DNA of 64,000 nucleotides from Octopus bimaculoides (Eukaryota). Below the pieces are notes generated by a model. That model saw only the letters and a list, made by a program, of their open reading frames with translations. It searched no databases and was not told the origin of the DNA. The stretch lies in the NCBI RefSeq assembly GCF_001194135.2, contig NC_068992.1, forward strand, positions 59,482,408 to 59,546,407. The letters are read 5' to 3'. How positions within the stretch are numbered: position 1 is the first letter of the stretch; each line of letters starts with the position of its first letter. A program made the translations under genes and the position numbers. Positions 47,301 through 58,300 of the stretch are shown here, in pieces.

Positions 47301-48326
47301 AAGTATCTTCTATTATAGCCCTGGTCTGACCAAGGCCTTGTGAGTGGATTTGGTAGATGGAAACTGAAAGAAGCTTGTCATTTGTGGGTGTGTATGTGTC
47401 CGTCCTTGACTTGATGTGGTGTAATGTCATAAATGAATGTCATTCATTTCTGTTATTTTGTGAAAACCTGTCTGGTCATGGGGAAATATTACTTTGGCTG
47501 GAAACAGATGAGGGTTGGTGACAGGAACAGCATCCGTCCATACAAAATCTGCCTCAATGAACTCTGACCCATGCAAGCACTGAAAAGTGGACATTAAAGT
47601 GATGATGATACAACTTATTGTGGTTCTGTGCTGGTTCAGGTATGTAATGTATAGAGATGATGATGATGACTGGGTAATAAAAAAAAGGTGTCAGGTGATC
47701 CAAATGGGAAGAATTTGTGGAAGAGGAAGACATAGGAAGATGATTAAGGTGAGGGAACTAATATTAGGAGGCTGACCCTCACAAAAACATTGACAAAGAA
47801 TCCACAATAAGTTGCAAGATGCTGTAGTGGAGAAGAACTGCCCATCGCATGCAAGTGTGGAAAACAGGCATGAAGGAGGAGGAGAGGAAGAAGAAGAAGA
47901 AGAGGATGATGGTGATAATGACCATCATCATCATCATTATCAAGGGTGGTGAGCTGGTAGAATCGTTAGCGTGCCGGCTGAAATGCTTAGCGGTATTTCG
48001 TTTGCCGTTACGTTCTGAGTTCAAATTCCGCCGAGGTTGAATTTGCCTTTCATCCTTTCGGGGTCGATAAATTAAGTACCAGTTACGCACTGGGGTCGAT
48101 GTAATCGACTTAATCCCTTTGCCTGTCCTTGTTTGTCCCTTCTGTGTTTAGCCCCTTGTGGGCAATAAAAAAAAATAAAACAAATAAGAATCGTTAGCAT
48201 GCTGGGTGAAATGCTTAGCGGCATTTCGTCTGTCTTTAAATTCTGAGTTCAAATTCTGCCAAGGGTAACTTTGCCTTTCATGGTTTTGGAGTCAATAAAA
48301 TAAGTACCATTTAATATTTGTGTGTG

Positions 48327-48357
<31 letters not shown>

Positions 48358-49174
48358 GCGCATACATGATGGGCTTCTTTCAGCAGTTTCCCTCTACCAA
48401 ATCCACTCACAAGAACCATGTGCTTGGGAAGCGAGCTTCTTACCACATGTACAGAATTTTATAATGGCTGTGCAGTTAAGGAGTTTGTTTTGCAACCACA
48501 TGGTTTCAAGTTCAGTTCCACTGTGTGGCACCACGAACAAGTGTCTTCTTTTATAGCCCTGGGCTAACCAAAGCTTTGTGAGTGAGTTTAGTAGATAGAA
48601 ACAGAAAGGAACCTGCCATATGTATGTTTGTGTGTGTGTGTATGCATTTATCACCCCACTGCTTAACACTTCTGTCGGTGTATTTATGTCACCGTGACTT
48701 AGCGGTTCAGCAAAAGAGACAGATAGAATAAGTACCAGATTTTTAAAAAATAAGTATTGCGATTGATTTGACTAAAACCCTTCAAGGTGTTGCCCCAGAA
48801 TGGCCAAGTGCAGTTACTGAAACAAATAAAAAAGTTTTTTTTTTTTGAAATTTTTATAGTATTTTTTTTTTTAGAATATATTGCTTCTAAGTATCATCAT
48901 CATCATCATCATCATCATCACTGTTTTACGTCCACTTTTCCTTCCTTGCATGAGTTAGAAGTTTATTGAAGTAGATTTTTTTATGGGCAGATGTCCTTCC
49001 TCTCGCCAGCCCCTACTTGTTTCCACATGACTGGACATGTATGAAATTTTGAAATATAATTCTTTCATGTGTGATATTATGAAATAATCTTTGAAATGCT
49101 GAAAACATTCTTCAATTTTCATTTGCAGGAAATTTAACCATTCTGAGTTGTGTGATGTTCTGTCTGTCACTTGA
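23374..49174 (+). CDS. NCDN: Neurochondrin (norbin), complete: 18 coding exons, 2139 nt, 712 aa
   Basis: All introns GT-AG with consistent phases. Translation shows neurochondrin motifs recalled from the human protein: LxxAxxDNEKLAALMMVTKLIKA, FDAIGFKFLVRLL, SMIDSCYDCLTAV, DKFQFCDIL, ACIRLVGVWMKEDSEAL, LFEGFCQL, TITFLSRAH, GWIPRLLKLL. Length is close to the human protein (about 730 aa). Confidence 0.95.
26091..26190 (+). CDS. NCDN: NCDN exon 2
   Basis: ttttag|VTKLIKADKCNLQAQKILFDAIGFKFLVRLLRT|gtaaga. Confidence 0.93.
27135..27575 (+). mobile_element. SINE with family A head and (GAT)n-type tail
   Basis: Family A head joined to a ...GGAAAGGCATC...CATGAAAAAGTGGATGTTAAA tail; similar copies at 120-430, 26230-26570, 47215-47610. 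Confidence 0.75.
27631..27716 (+). CDS. NCDN: NCDN exon 3
   Basis: tttcag|(A)KVPEGCNNYIYKSLSLTILSSFSGLQEV|gtaagt. Confidence 0.9.
28570..28634 (+). CDS. NCDN: NCDN exon 4
   Basis: ttccag|KEDPRMLTSVPLILDVLVSCL|gtaagt; supplies the required phase 0 to phase 2 bridge. Confidence 0.85.
29409..29581 (+). CDS. NCDN: NCDN exon 5
   Basis: cacag|IEQTQDD...SMIDSCYDCLTAV...IHATY G|gtacag. Confidence 0.92.
29613..30516 (+). mobile_element. Internally deleted mariner element (irritans/Hsmar2-like), both TIRs intact
   Basis: 32-bp TIRs (CAAGGTGGTATCAAAAAGTTCCCAGACTAGTT / rc TGAGGTGGTATCAAAGAGTTCCCGGACTAGTT), TA flanks at 29611-12 and 30517-18; transposase N-terminus LEQRANVKFCVRLGKSATET and C-terminal SPDLTPADFQLFPKMK; central catalytic region deleted. 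Confidence 0.9.
31734..31861 (+). CDS. NCDN: NCDN exon 6
   Basis: gtacag|(G)NHRALVIIQQII...LGENFSRSK|gtaagt. Confidence 0.9.
32459..32518 (+). CDS. NCDN: NCDN exon 7
   Basis: ttgcag|EVDKFQFCDILASVFTSVSK|gtttgt. Confidence 0.88.
33301..33379 (+). CDS. NCDN: NCDN exon 8
   Basis: gtttag|DQIPAGNFSWQKNIPQGFMDLIKSRL G|gtttgt. Confidence 0.83.
33603..33913. mobile_element. hAT-type non-autonomous element (MITE), 311 bp
   Basis: Imperfect TIRs CAGTGGTTACCAAA / rc TAGTGGTTCCTAAA; perfect 8-bp TSD ATATAAAT at 33595-33602 and 33914-33921; internal tandem duplication of about 35 bp. Confidence 0.82.
34459..34850 (+). mobile_element. Family A SINE (preceded by a second head at about 34235-34400)
   Basis: Same head, core and tail as 56191-56600. 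Confidence 0.82.
35125..35294 (+). CDS. NCDN: NCDN exon 9
   Basis: tttcag|(E)QKQRESVLMLIS...NSVEVGMIIPFSPLGQ|gtaaat. Confidence 0.9.
36144..36480 (+). mobile_element. Non-autonomous DNA repeat, HINE-like
   Basis: TTATTACCTCCGCCGAGGAAGGAGGTTATGTTTT with ACCTCC/GGAGGT stem, followed by GTTTGTCCGTC. Confidence 0.45.
37199..37529 (-). mobile_element. tRNA-derived SINE (family D)
   Basis: Same head and body as 11052-11374; 3' end runs into a gap. Confidence 0.85.
38023..38217 (+). CDS. NCDN: NCDN exon 10
   Basis: ttctag|VREKSNQLSAYFSLIE...ILFLQEITKSLQSFQ|gtgtgt. Confidence 0.9.
39336..39451 (+). CDS. NCDN: NCDN exon 11
   Basis: ttgcag|ATDPLLQACIRLVGVWMKEDSEALCDEIHDLVPMLLTF|gtaaaa. Confidence 0.93.
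41011..41215 (+). CDS. NCDN: NCDN exon 12
   Basis: tttcag|(S)KNLLCTDEV...LFEGFCQLASDTKGREQLL...DANIL|gtaagt. Confidence 0.9.
41285..41620 (-). mobile_element. RTE-clade (Rex3-like) LINE 3' remnant
   Basis: Minus strand RPKSRPRMR*LDNIYGLSRSSLGIQP...VASDGTPWRRCL resembles GRPRTRWxDxI...LGIxP...W. Confidence 0.55.
42770..42893 (+). CDS. NCDN: NCDN exon 13
   Basis: ttccag|LCVETLCDLLLQLTE...RISEVLHQI G|gtaagt. Confidence 0.88.
43201..43448 (-). mobile_element. Family C copy X (young, truncated, oligo-A junction)
   Basis: 97% identical in reverse complement to 45671-45895. Confidence 0.85.
43496..43579 (+). CDS. NCDN: NCDN exon 14
   Basis: tttcag|(V)FKSECLNVVAVMSLLGLTLFNSHHITR G|gtaagc. Confidence 0.88.
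43808..43991 (+). repeat. 24-bp minisatellite (about 7.5 units) inside a family C element
   Basis: Units of the type agtgccacgtaaaagcacccgtgt, diverged mainly at CpG. Confidence 0.8.
44253..44423 (+). CDS. NCDN: NCDN exon 15
   Basis: ttgtag|(E)VEEVKQ...TITFLSRAH...EYQVHWDSVSGYWLSTMK G|gtaatc. Confidence 0.92.
45003..45104 (+). CDS. NCDN: NCDN exon 16
   Basis: ttccag|(V)LTKCIQNHPQLTTTVLLQTGWIPRLLKLLVDVQ A|gtaagt. Confidence 0.9.
45671..45938 (+). mobile_element. Family C copy Y (young, truncated, oligo-T junction)
   Basis: Inverted partner of 43222-43448. Confidence 0.85.
46051..46133 (-). ncRNA. Degenerate minimal type I hammerhead ribozyme, candidate
   Basis: Minus strand reads ccu CUGAAGA gauucg...ugaauu GAAA cugcug UA agg; 3-bp helix I, 6-bp helix II, helix III one base from the palindrome ACAGCUGU. 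Confidence 0.45.
46810..46924 (+). CDS. NCDN: NCDN exon 17
   Basis: ctctag|(K)ISVHVDYSSAYLNLLYALIITKEARTVIIDNCGAEVA|gtaagt. Confidence 0.88.
47945..48175 (+). mobile_element. tRNA-derived SINE (family B), full length
   Basis: GGTGAGCTGGTAGAATCGTTAGC head, GAGTTCAAATTCC B box, GCCTTTCATCCTTTCGGGGTCGATAAATTAAGTACC core; copies at 4958-5170, 10003-10305, 11580-11792, 13110-13320(-), 17950-18160(-), 57753-58005, 59530-59745(-). Confidence 0.85.
49129..49174 (+). CDS. NCDN: NCDN exon 18 (terminal)
   Basis: ttgcag|(K)KFNHSELCDVLSVT*; resembles the C-terminal helix of NCDN; AATAAA at 49384-49389. Confidence 0.8.
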
Positions 49175-50064
49175 AGACAATGGAATCGACCCTATTAAAT
49201 CATCATGGTCACTATAATCACCTGTTAACGAACATTTTGATTTTGGTGGTGTCATTTAAAGATTTCTCCAAGTCTGTAGACTTTGCTTCTATGGCAGACA
49301 AGAAAACCACAGAGTTCCTTTGAGTGACTAAGTACAAGAGGACTGAAAAATTATTGTCACCTTTTTGTTCTCATTGTTTGATAAATAAAAAATATTAATT
49401 AAATGGTTAATGAAACTGTCTGTTTCTTTCAGTGGGCGAGTGTGAATGTTTTTTATATCTTCATCATCGTTTAACGTCTGTTGTCCATGCTGGCATGGGT
49501 TGCAGGTTGACCAGGAATGGTAAGCTGAGGTTCTGCAAGAGACTCCAGTCTGATTTGGCATGGTTTCTATGGCTGGATGCCCTTCCTAAGTCTAACCACT
49601 CCAAGAATGTAATGGGTGCTTTTACGTGCCTGTTGTATGGCACCTAATCATCATAATCATTTAGCATCCACTTTTCCATGCTTGCATGGATCAGACTGAG
49701 TTTATTTGAGGCACATTTATGGCTGGATGCTCTTCCTTACACCAATCCTCACTTTTTTTCTAAGCATGGTAATATTTCTTCATGGCCAGACATGTTCTTG
49801 GCGAATAAGGGAAATGAACGACTCTGCTTGTTGGACAGTGACACTCGTTTACTGCTTTCATGCAATGTGAAAAGAAGAAGACACACAAACACATACACAC
49901 ACAACAGGCTTCTTTCAGTTTCTGTCTACCAAATCCACTCACTAGGTTTTGGTCAGTCTGAGACTATCATAGAAAACACTTGTCCAAGGAGCCTTGCAGT
50001 AAGACTGAACCCGGAACCATACAGTTGGGAAGTGAACGTCTTACCATACAGCGCAGCTGCTGAG

Positions 50065-50400
50065 GCCCCCATCGGTCATGACTGACCATGGGATTGCACC
50101 TAGAATGTTACTCTTCCAAGCACAAGTCCGGGCAAGGTTGTTTTATGGAAGACCAGCAGTCACCCATGCATACTAGCCTGCCCTCTCCATGCCACCAGTG
50201 TTATCCAAGGGAAAGGCAAAGGGGCCGATACAGCTTGGCACCAGTGATGCTACAACTCATTTCTACAGATGAGTGAACTGGAGCAATGTGAAATAAAGTG
50301 TCTTGCTCAAGAACACAACACATAGCCCGGTCCGGGATTCAAACTCACAACCTCACGATTGTAAGCTCGACGCTCTAATCACAGAGCCATGCGCCTTCAC
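50065..50400 (-). mobile_element. tRNA-derived SINE (family F)
   Basis: Minus-strand head GTGAAGGCGCATGGCTCTGTGATTAGAGCG...GAGTTTGAATCCC and CTTGAGCAAGACACTTTATTTCAC core; related pieces at 16900-17055(+) and 53040-53285(-). Confidence 0.7.
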
Positions 50401-50431
50401 AGCTCAGCTATGAATATGCATATGCATACAT

Positions 50432-50462
<31 letters not shown>

Positions 50463-51801
50463 TACCAGGGGTTGTTCTTTTATATCACATGGATATATCT
50501 CTGTTAAGGGCCAAAGGAAATTAACATCAGAAAAGATTGGACTTCATTTATATTTGATATTTACCTTTGACGTACTTCTGGAGAAAGACAATGAGTATGC
50601 CTGTATGAGGTTAAGTAACATGCTAGAAAAGGCTGTCACATCTTATTCAAAACACATTGTCTTAAAATAGGAAGAACACAGTAGATAATGTAATCTCGCC
50701 CTATGTGTAGACATGACATACATGCTCAAGTGTGGTTCTCTGGTAACCATGTCGTTTTGAGTTTCATCTCATTGTGTGGCATCTTGGGCAAGTATTTTCT
50801 GTAATCTATGCCTGACTAATTTCTTTTGTGTGAAATTGGTTTATGGAAATTGTATACAAACCTATTGTTATCATCATCATCATCATCATTGTTTAATGTC
50901 CGTTGTTATATATGTTGGTGTGTGTGTATAAATTCACAAGGAAAAGATTCACAGTGACTTTAGAATTTTGGCTCACTCTCTTTAAGCAAACTGATTTACT
51001 ATGGCTCTTTTTGACTTTGGTAAGTTGCTTTTCATGTTTTTTGGTAGGTGGACAGTGCGAAGATAAGACATGATGTAGGTAAGTGGGACATAGTCATGTA
51101 GGAAGCGAAGAACTAAAGAGAATAAGAGAATAGGGGAAAGCATGTGGTTGATAGTAAAATAGGTGAAGAGATTTATTTTGGTTTGATGCAGGAATTTTAT
51201 CATTGCTTAGCATTCAGTCAGGTCTGAAAGTAATGGTGTACATGTATATAAGATGGGCTGACATATAGTTTCTATTTGTTGCTCACAAGTCATTGACTCA
51301 CTCAAGGCTATAATAGTAAAAGAAACTTGCCCAAGGTGTCAAACCTTGGGTAATGAACCTGAAGCCACATAGTCACAAAGCAAAATTCCATATCGATACA
51401 GCTGTAGTTATACCTAAACAAAATATGGGACTCTCAGAGAGGACAGGAAATACTTTGGCATTCAAGTTAGTACAAACAATAAAAGCTACAAAGTTACACA
51501 AAAAAAATATATTAAAAAGCAAACGATGCAATACTGCAGCATGTTAAGAAGTATAATGGTATTAAAGTATAAAAACCAATTCAAGAAGAAAGTCTGTCTA
51601 TTGCGTTCAGAAGAATATCGTATAATGTTGCATTTTTTATCATAGAAATATTACAGCAATATTTCACAGATATTATATTGATATGATATCAATAATACAC
51701 CTTTGTAACTTCTTTATGTTATAGGAATGCCTGATCATTGGTTGCTGGATTTGTGTTTACTGTCCTCACTCAAGTGGTGTACAGTTGTCTGGACAGGTGA
51801 G

Positions 51802-51831
51802 CTATGATGGTGTTTCCTCTTTCTGTGTATT
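51802..51831 (-). CDS. LRRC23: LRRC23 copy B terminal coding exon (NTQKEETPS*)
   Basis: ttttctctttccag|AAT...TCA TAG; mirrors 18255-18284. Confidence 0.75.
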   Translation of the reverse strand, partial: NTQKEETPS

Positions 51832-52324
51832 CTGGAAAGAGAAAATAACATTGCTATTGAGTGAGGGAGCAGTGCATACCACAATCTACCCACCATGACT
51901 ATCCATCTGATAAGGGTACACTGAACACATGCATCACAACCATATATGCATGACATGGAAATATCATATCAAGATAAACAGTGCATGACTTTACAAAGCC
52001 AAGAGGAGAGCGGAGATTTATTCACATCTAAAACTTTTTATTAAAAGTTTTCTGCAACATATATAACAATGACCAACATATGTTTCTACTGCACCAACTT
52101 CACATTGCTCTGTACGCAATTATGCATCCTAGGCACTGCAGTTTCCTCAAGGGTCCGTCATTTATGATGGTTTCAAAGTGAATTAAATCAAACAAGTTAC
52201 CTGCATTGGCATTCAGTTGAAGGTGATAGTATTACTTTTTAAATCGTATTGAATTCTGGTCTTATAATCACCTCTACTGATATTACAGTTGAATCGTGTT
52301 TTCAAAATGTTTATTCAGATTACA

Positions 52325-52358
<34 letters not shown>

Positions 52359-55300
52359 AGTCTTTGAAACGCCAGTGTTATAATGGTGGCAGCTGATGAA
52401 GGAAATGTCCTCTATGTGGCCTGTGTGTTTTCTGTACTCTGTTTACCATTTTGTCCATGTTTTTTTGCAACGTCATGTACCCAGATATGCATCTATATAT
52501 ACATGTAGATCAAGGTATGTACATACATGTACATATATATGCATATACTCATATATTATTTATATATATATATATATATTGCCATGTTTCTCTGTCTTTC
52601 TTACATCATATATGTCATCTCTTTGATACCTTGGTACCTTTCTATGTCTCTCTTTGAGACATTGTAACATTTCCTTCACCCTTTGACATCTTGCTGTGTA
52701 AAACAGTTATTGAAAAGTCTCTCACATCACAAGAACTGAGTGATGGTCAGAAAGGGAAGTGTTGGTGTTTGTAAGTCATACAAATATCGTAGAACGTACC
52801 TGAGCCTCTTGGCGCTCTTTTGAAACCTCATTAGCTTCATTTCTCTCTTCCTCCGTGACTTCAGAGTAATTCAATGTGAAAAGAGTTGTCAAGAAGCTAA
52901 GAACTTCAACGCGGAAATCTGCTTCTTTAGTGATTGGATTATCTGGATTTAAAAATGTTAATTAAAAAAAAAAAAAAACTGTGTATCAGCATGGCCACAG
53001 TCAAATGACTGAAACATGTAAAAATACATTAGAGTAAAGACACTCTTTGGTCACGAACGACCATGGGATTGCACCTAGGAAGTTATCCTTCAGACAAGGT
53101 TGTTTATGGAAGACCAAATGGTTGTGTTGCACATAAGCTCTCTCCTTCCATCAAACCGACATTGCTTGTACAGGTGCATGATGCACCACATGTCAGGTTT
53201 TGTTCAAGAAAACCACATGTCACCCGATCCAGGAATTGGACCCATGATCTCACAATCACGAGTGCAACGTCTTAGAAAGTAGGCCACATAGCCTTATACC
53301 AGTAATTATTATACTGTAGTTATTGATGCAGTTCATTACAAAGTGACCGTGACTGGCTCTCTGTCACTTACAATGACAAGGGTTCCAGTTGATCCGATTA
53401 ACAGAAAAGCCTGCTTGTGAAATTAACGTGCAAGTGGCTGAGTATTCCACAGATACACACGCCCTTAACATAGTTCCCAGGTAGGTTCAGTGCGACACAG
53501 AATGTGACAAGGCTGGCCCTTTGAAATACAGGTACTATTCATTTTTGCCAGCTGAGAGAACTGGAGCAACGTGAAATAAAGTGTCTTGCTCAAGGACACA
53601 ACATGTCACCAGGAATCGAACTCATGACCTTATGATTATGAGTAAACATCCATAATCACTAAGCCACATGCCTTCACCCATTGCAAAGTACAACGACATT
53701 GTCTCTGTAAATATTGCCAATATGATTATAAGTCGTGAGATGTGAGACTTACCGGCCAGCAACAAAACAGTAAGAGCTGGTAGACAGGCGAGTTTTTCTA
53801 TTTCGCAAAACTCCTCAATGACATTCTCTCTGAAATAGAGGAAGGAAAATGGACAGAATGCAAAGTGATGGCTATAAATTGCTCAATGTTTGAATATTTA
53901 ACCCTTTAACATTCAGATTATTGTCAAAAGTAATGCTTATTTATTCACAGGATCTTTGTCTTCCAAGTTACTTGGTGACCCTGTCAGTACTGGTGCCACT
54001 TAAAAAAAAAGCATTCAGTCTACGCTGTAAAGTGGTTGGCATTTGGAAGGGCAATCAGCTGTAGAAACCATGCCGAAACTGATCTCGCCTTTGCTGGTGC
54101 CATGTAAAAAGCACTGAGTCCACTCTGCAAGGGGGGGGGGGGGTTCAAGTTAGGAAGGGCATCCAGCCACAAAAAAAAAGAACCCATGCCAAAACAGATG
54201 CTGAAGCATGGTGCAGTCTTCTGCTCGGCCAGTTCCTGTCAAATCATCCAACCCATGGAAACAGCATGGAACACACAGATGTCTAGTGATGATGATGATG
54301 ATGATGTAACTTCACCATGCATTATTTTGTAGCTTTAAGATTTCAATGATGTGATTGTTTATTTCTATAAACACTGTATGTGTTAGAGGCCGAGTCTGGT
54401 CAGTTTGAGCATAAAATCAGGTGCAATATTTTGGTCTGATATGGTTGGTTTAAATGCTAACGGGTTAAAATGTGATGATAGTAAAATTGTTAATGTTAGA
54501 ATCAACATATCATCATCAACATTTAACGTTCGTTTTCCAAGCTGGTTTGGGTTGGACAGCTTGACAGGAACTGACAAGGCCAGGGGCTGCACCAAGTTCC
54601 ACAGTCGGTTTTGGCTTGTTTTCTATGGCTTGATATAATCGTTAATTAACACTGGCATATTTTAAAATATGTTGACAGCAAATTGCTAATTTGTGACATT
54701 TAAAATACAACGTGATGGGAGGAAAATGTTAATGCTGAACATTGAAAAGAAAAATTAGCAAAACATAATTTATTTAGTTATAATACCAACAAATATTAAA
54801 CCATTACAAGGCATGAGCTAGCAGAATCATACATAAGGTGCCATGCAGTGAGAGTGAACCAGGAACCATGTGGTTGGGAAGCAAACTTCTCACCACACAA
54901 CCACACCTGCACCTAAAATGTTACCTAAGGTAACATTATACTAACTCTTAATGATGGTGTATTAAGTTGTAATACTAACAGTACTAACAGTTAACTCATT
55001 TTCTCATGAAATCACATGATCTGTGACATCTGTTGTTTGGTGTCAATCACTGCCACTTTGCCAATCAGGAAATTCTGATTTTGTTTTGGACTTCATTGAA
55101 AGGAACAACGATGCATGGGGGGATGTAACAACAAGTCGAAATGTGTAACTCTTTTGTTACCATATTTCTCTTGAAGTAGACTGGTTTTGTTTCAATTAAT
55201 TTTGAAAATAACGAAGCTTTAAGTAAAATAGCTTTATCCTTATAAAGCTGGTTTTTGGAACATGAATTAAGATGGAAATTTGATGGACGGTTTTAATTTA

Positions 55301-58300
55301 GATCATTTTCAACAAGAAGTTAGTATCCTAGGAGTAGGGGAGGTTTCGGGTTGGTTGGTATCAAAAGAGTTAAACATTCTATTTAAAATCGGAATATAGT
55401 AGTAGATAAACTGAAACTTTTTTTTTTTTTTTGGTGAAGATCAACGGTCAAACTGCTTGGACCAATATATATATTGACCGGTCTAAAATTATAATACAAA
55501 TTCCTCTTGCCTTCTCTTTGTTTGCTTCCATTTATTTCCCATATGAATATTTTAGTCTTTACTCTTGATAAAATTGTGATGGAAATACATCAAGAATATA
55601 TGAATCAATGTGTGGCTGGGGTTGAAGGGAAGACAGAGGTCAGAGGTCAAAGGCGAGAAGGAGGAGATCAAAGGTGTTTGGTATGATATGTGTGTGTAAG
55701 ATGTTGATATTAATAGTATAAAAGTAGGAGAATATAAACAGACAAATCAATAAACTAGATAGTTTAAAAGAAAACCTACTTCAGGTCAATGTATTTCAGT
55801 TTTTTCATGTCCTTATTAAATCCATCAAGTTTGTCTATAGAATTGTTGTTGATTTCAAAGACTTCTAAATTAACCAGATTTGAAATCCACTGAAGATCTG
55901 TCATCTTATTATAACCCTACAAAAACAGACAACAAAGGAATGGATTAAACACAATTATCTTTTAACAACCATCTGGAGATAAAGGTTGGGAGATGAAAAT
56001 ACTGTTTGCCACTATATAGGATGCACTTTCACAGAAGACAAACCCCAAAGTTTTTGGTGGAAAAAAGTTAACCCTTGAGCATTTAAACTGACCATATTGG
56101 GCTCAAATATTCTACCTTTTTTACGGAGAAAATGACTAAATCTGGCCTCTCAAACCTATTCTGCAATTTAGTTCTAAAAATAAACAATCAGGCGCAGGAG
56201 TGGTTGTGTGGTAAGTTGCTTGCTTACCAACCACATGGTCCCAGGTTCAGTCCGACTGCGTGGCACCTTGGGCAAGTATCTTCTACTATAGCCTCGGGCT
56301 GACTAAAGCTTTGTGAGTGGATTTGGGAGATGGAAATTCGAAGAAGCCTGTCGTATATATATATATATATATATGTATATATGTGTGTGTGTGTATATAT
56401 GTTTGTATGTCTGTTTGTCCCCCCAGTTTGGCAACCAATGCTGGTATGTTTAGGTCCCTGTAACTTAGCGGATCGGCAAAAGAGACTGATAGAATAAGTA
56501 CTAGGCTTACAAAGAATAAGCTCTGGGGTCGATTTGCTCGACAATAAAGGCGGTGCTTCAGCATGGCCACAGTCAAATGACTGAAACAAGTAAAAGAGTA
56601 AACACATCATTGAAATTTCAAAGCTATGAGATAATAAGGCATGATTAATTCAAAGCAATTTGAATAAATAAATAGATATTACATTTGACAGAATAATATG
56701 AGTGCTAAAGGGTTAATGTTTTATCATACACTCATACACTAGGTATCACACCTTTAATACAGTTGCATTAGATGCATGGCAATTTTTTGTTGTTTAAGAA
56801 TAAAGACATGCATGTCTTACACACCAGCATGTACAGTAATAATAATAATAATCTTTCTTTCTTTGGGTAACATGTTCAGAATTTGGGGCACAGGCGATTC
56901 TCCGTTCTTTATTTTCTGTAACAATTCCATTTCCTGATGTTTAATGCCCATTTCATTCCAACCAGTCCGTCATGCTTGACAGCCATATCATCCTTTGCCT
57001 TCCTCTGCTTCTTTTCCCTTCATTACTAAATTCTCTGGGTCCACTTTCCTCATCACATGATCAAGAAATCTCAGTTGCTTTGTCCTCATCTCACAAAGAA
57101 GATCTCTTTTTATAACAGCTAGGGGTCATCACTTCTTCATTAAACACTTTGTCCGTCCATGCTATCTTCAATATCCTCCTTGAGAACCACATTTCACAGC
57201 TCTCCAAGTACTTTCTCATTTCTGATGCTATAGATCATGCCCCACTGCCATACATTAACACATGATGATGAGGATGATAATGATGATGATCATCGTTATC
57301 ATCAATATTTAATGCCCATCTTCCATGCATGCATGGGTAGGATGGTTGGTAGGAGCCAGCCAGGTAGAAAAACTACCCTAGGCTACTGTTTTGGCAGGGT
57401 TTTTATGACTGGATGCCCTCCCTAACACAAACCACTGAGCAGAGGGGACTTAGTGCTTTTTACGTGGCACTACCCTAGGCTACTGTGTCTGTTTTGGCAT
57501 GGTTTTTACAGCTGGATGCCCTTCCAAATGCCAACCACTTTACAGTGTGGACTAGATGCTTTTTACATGGCACCAGCACTCGCAGGGCCACCAAGTAACT
57601 TGCAACACAAGGAGTTATGAGATGAGCAGGGACATTTGAGGAGAGGAATATAGAATTCAATATACAGATATTTGCCATGTAATAAAGGTGTCAAGCTCGC
57701 AGAATCGTTTCTGTGCTGGACAAAATGCTTAGCAGAATTTCTTCTAACTTTAGACGAGCCTTCTAACTAAAGCAGCGAGCTGGCAGAAACATTAGCACGC
57801 CGGGCGAAATGCTTAGCGGTATTTCGTCTGCTACTACATTCTGAGTTCAAATTCCACCGAGGTCGACTTTGCCTTTCATCCTTTCGGGGTCGATTAAATA
57901 AGTACTAGTTAGTTACACACTGGGGTCGATATAATCGACTTAATCCGTTTGTCTGACCTTGTTTGTCCCCTCTGTGTGTAGCCCCTTGTGGGCAATAAAG
58001 AAATAAGAATTTCTTCTAACTTTATGTTCTGTGTTAAAATGCCACTAGGGATCAATAAACACAGGGGTCAATGTAATCGACTTACTCACTCCACAAAATT
58101 GCTGGCCTTGTGCCAAAACCTGAGGCCAAGGTTTGCTATATAAATACTAAACACTTTCCTTTGCAGTTTCTATTAATTGAACAGTATTTTTAACATTTAC
58201 TCTCTTAATCCTTTTGTGTTCAGATTACTTCTGTGAAATGCTAATGCTTATTTATTCACATTGTATTGAATTAATCATGAAATTATCTTGTAGCTTAAAG

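Noticed and set aside
52195-52300. Possible extra cassette exon of LRRC23-B (good donor CAG|GTAACT at about 52200 on minus)
   Set aside because: All nearby acceptors give immediate in-frame stops and there is no counterpart in copy A.
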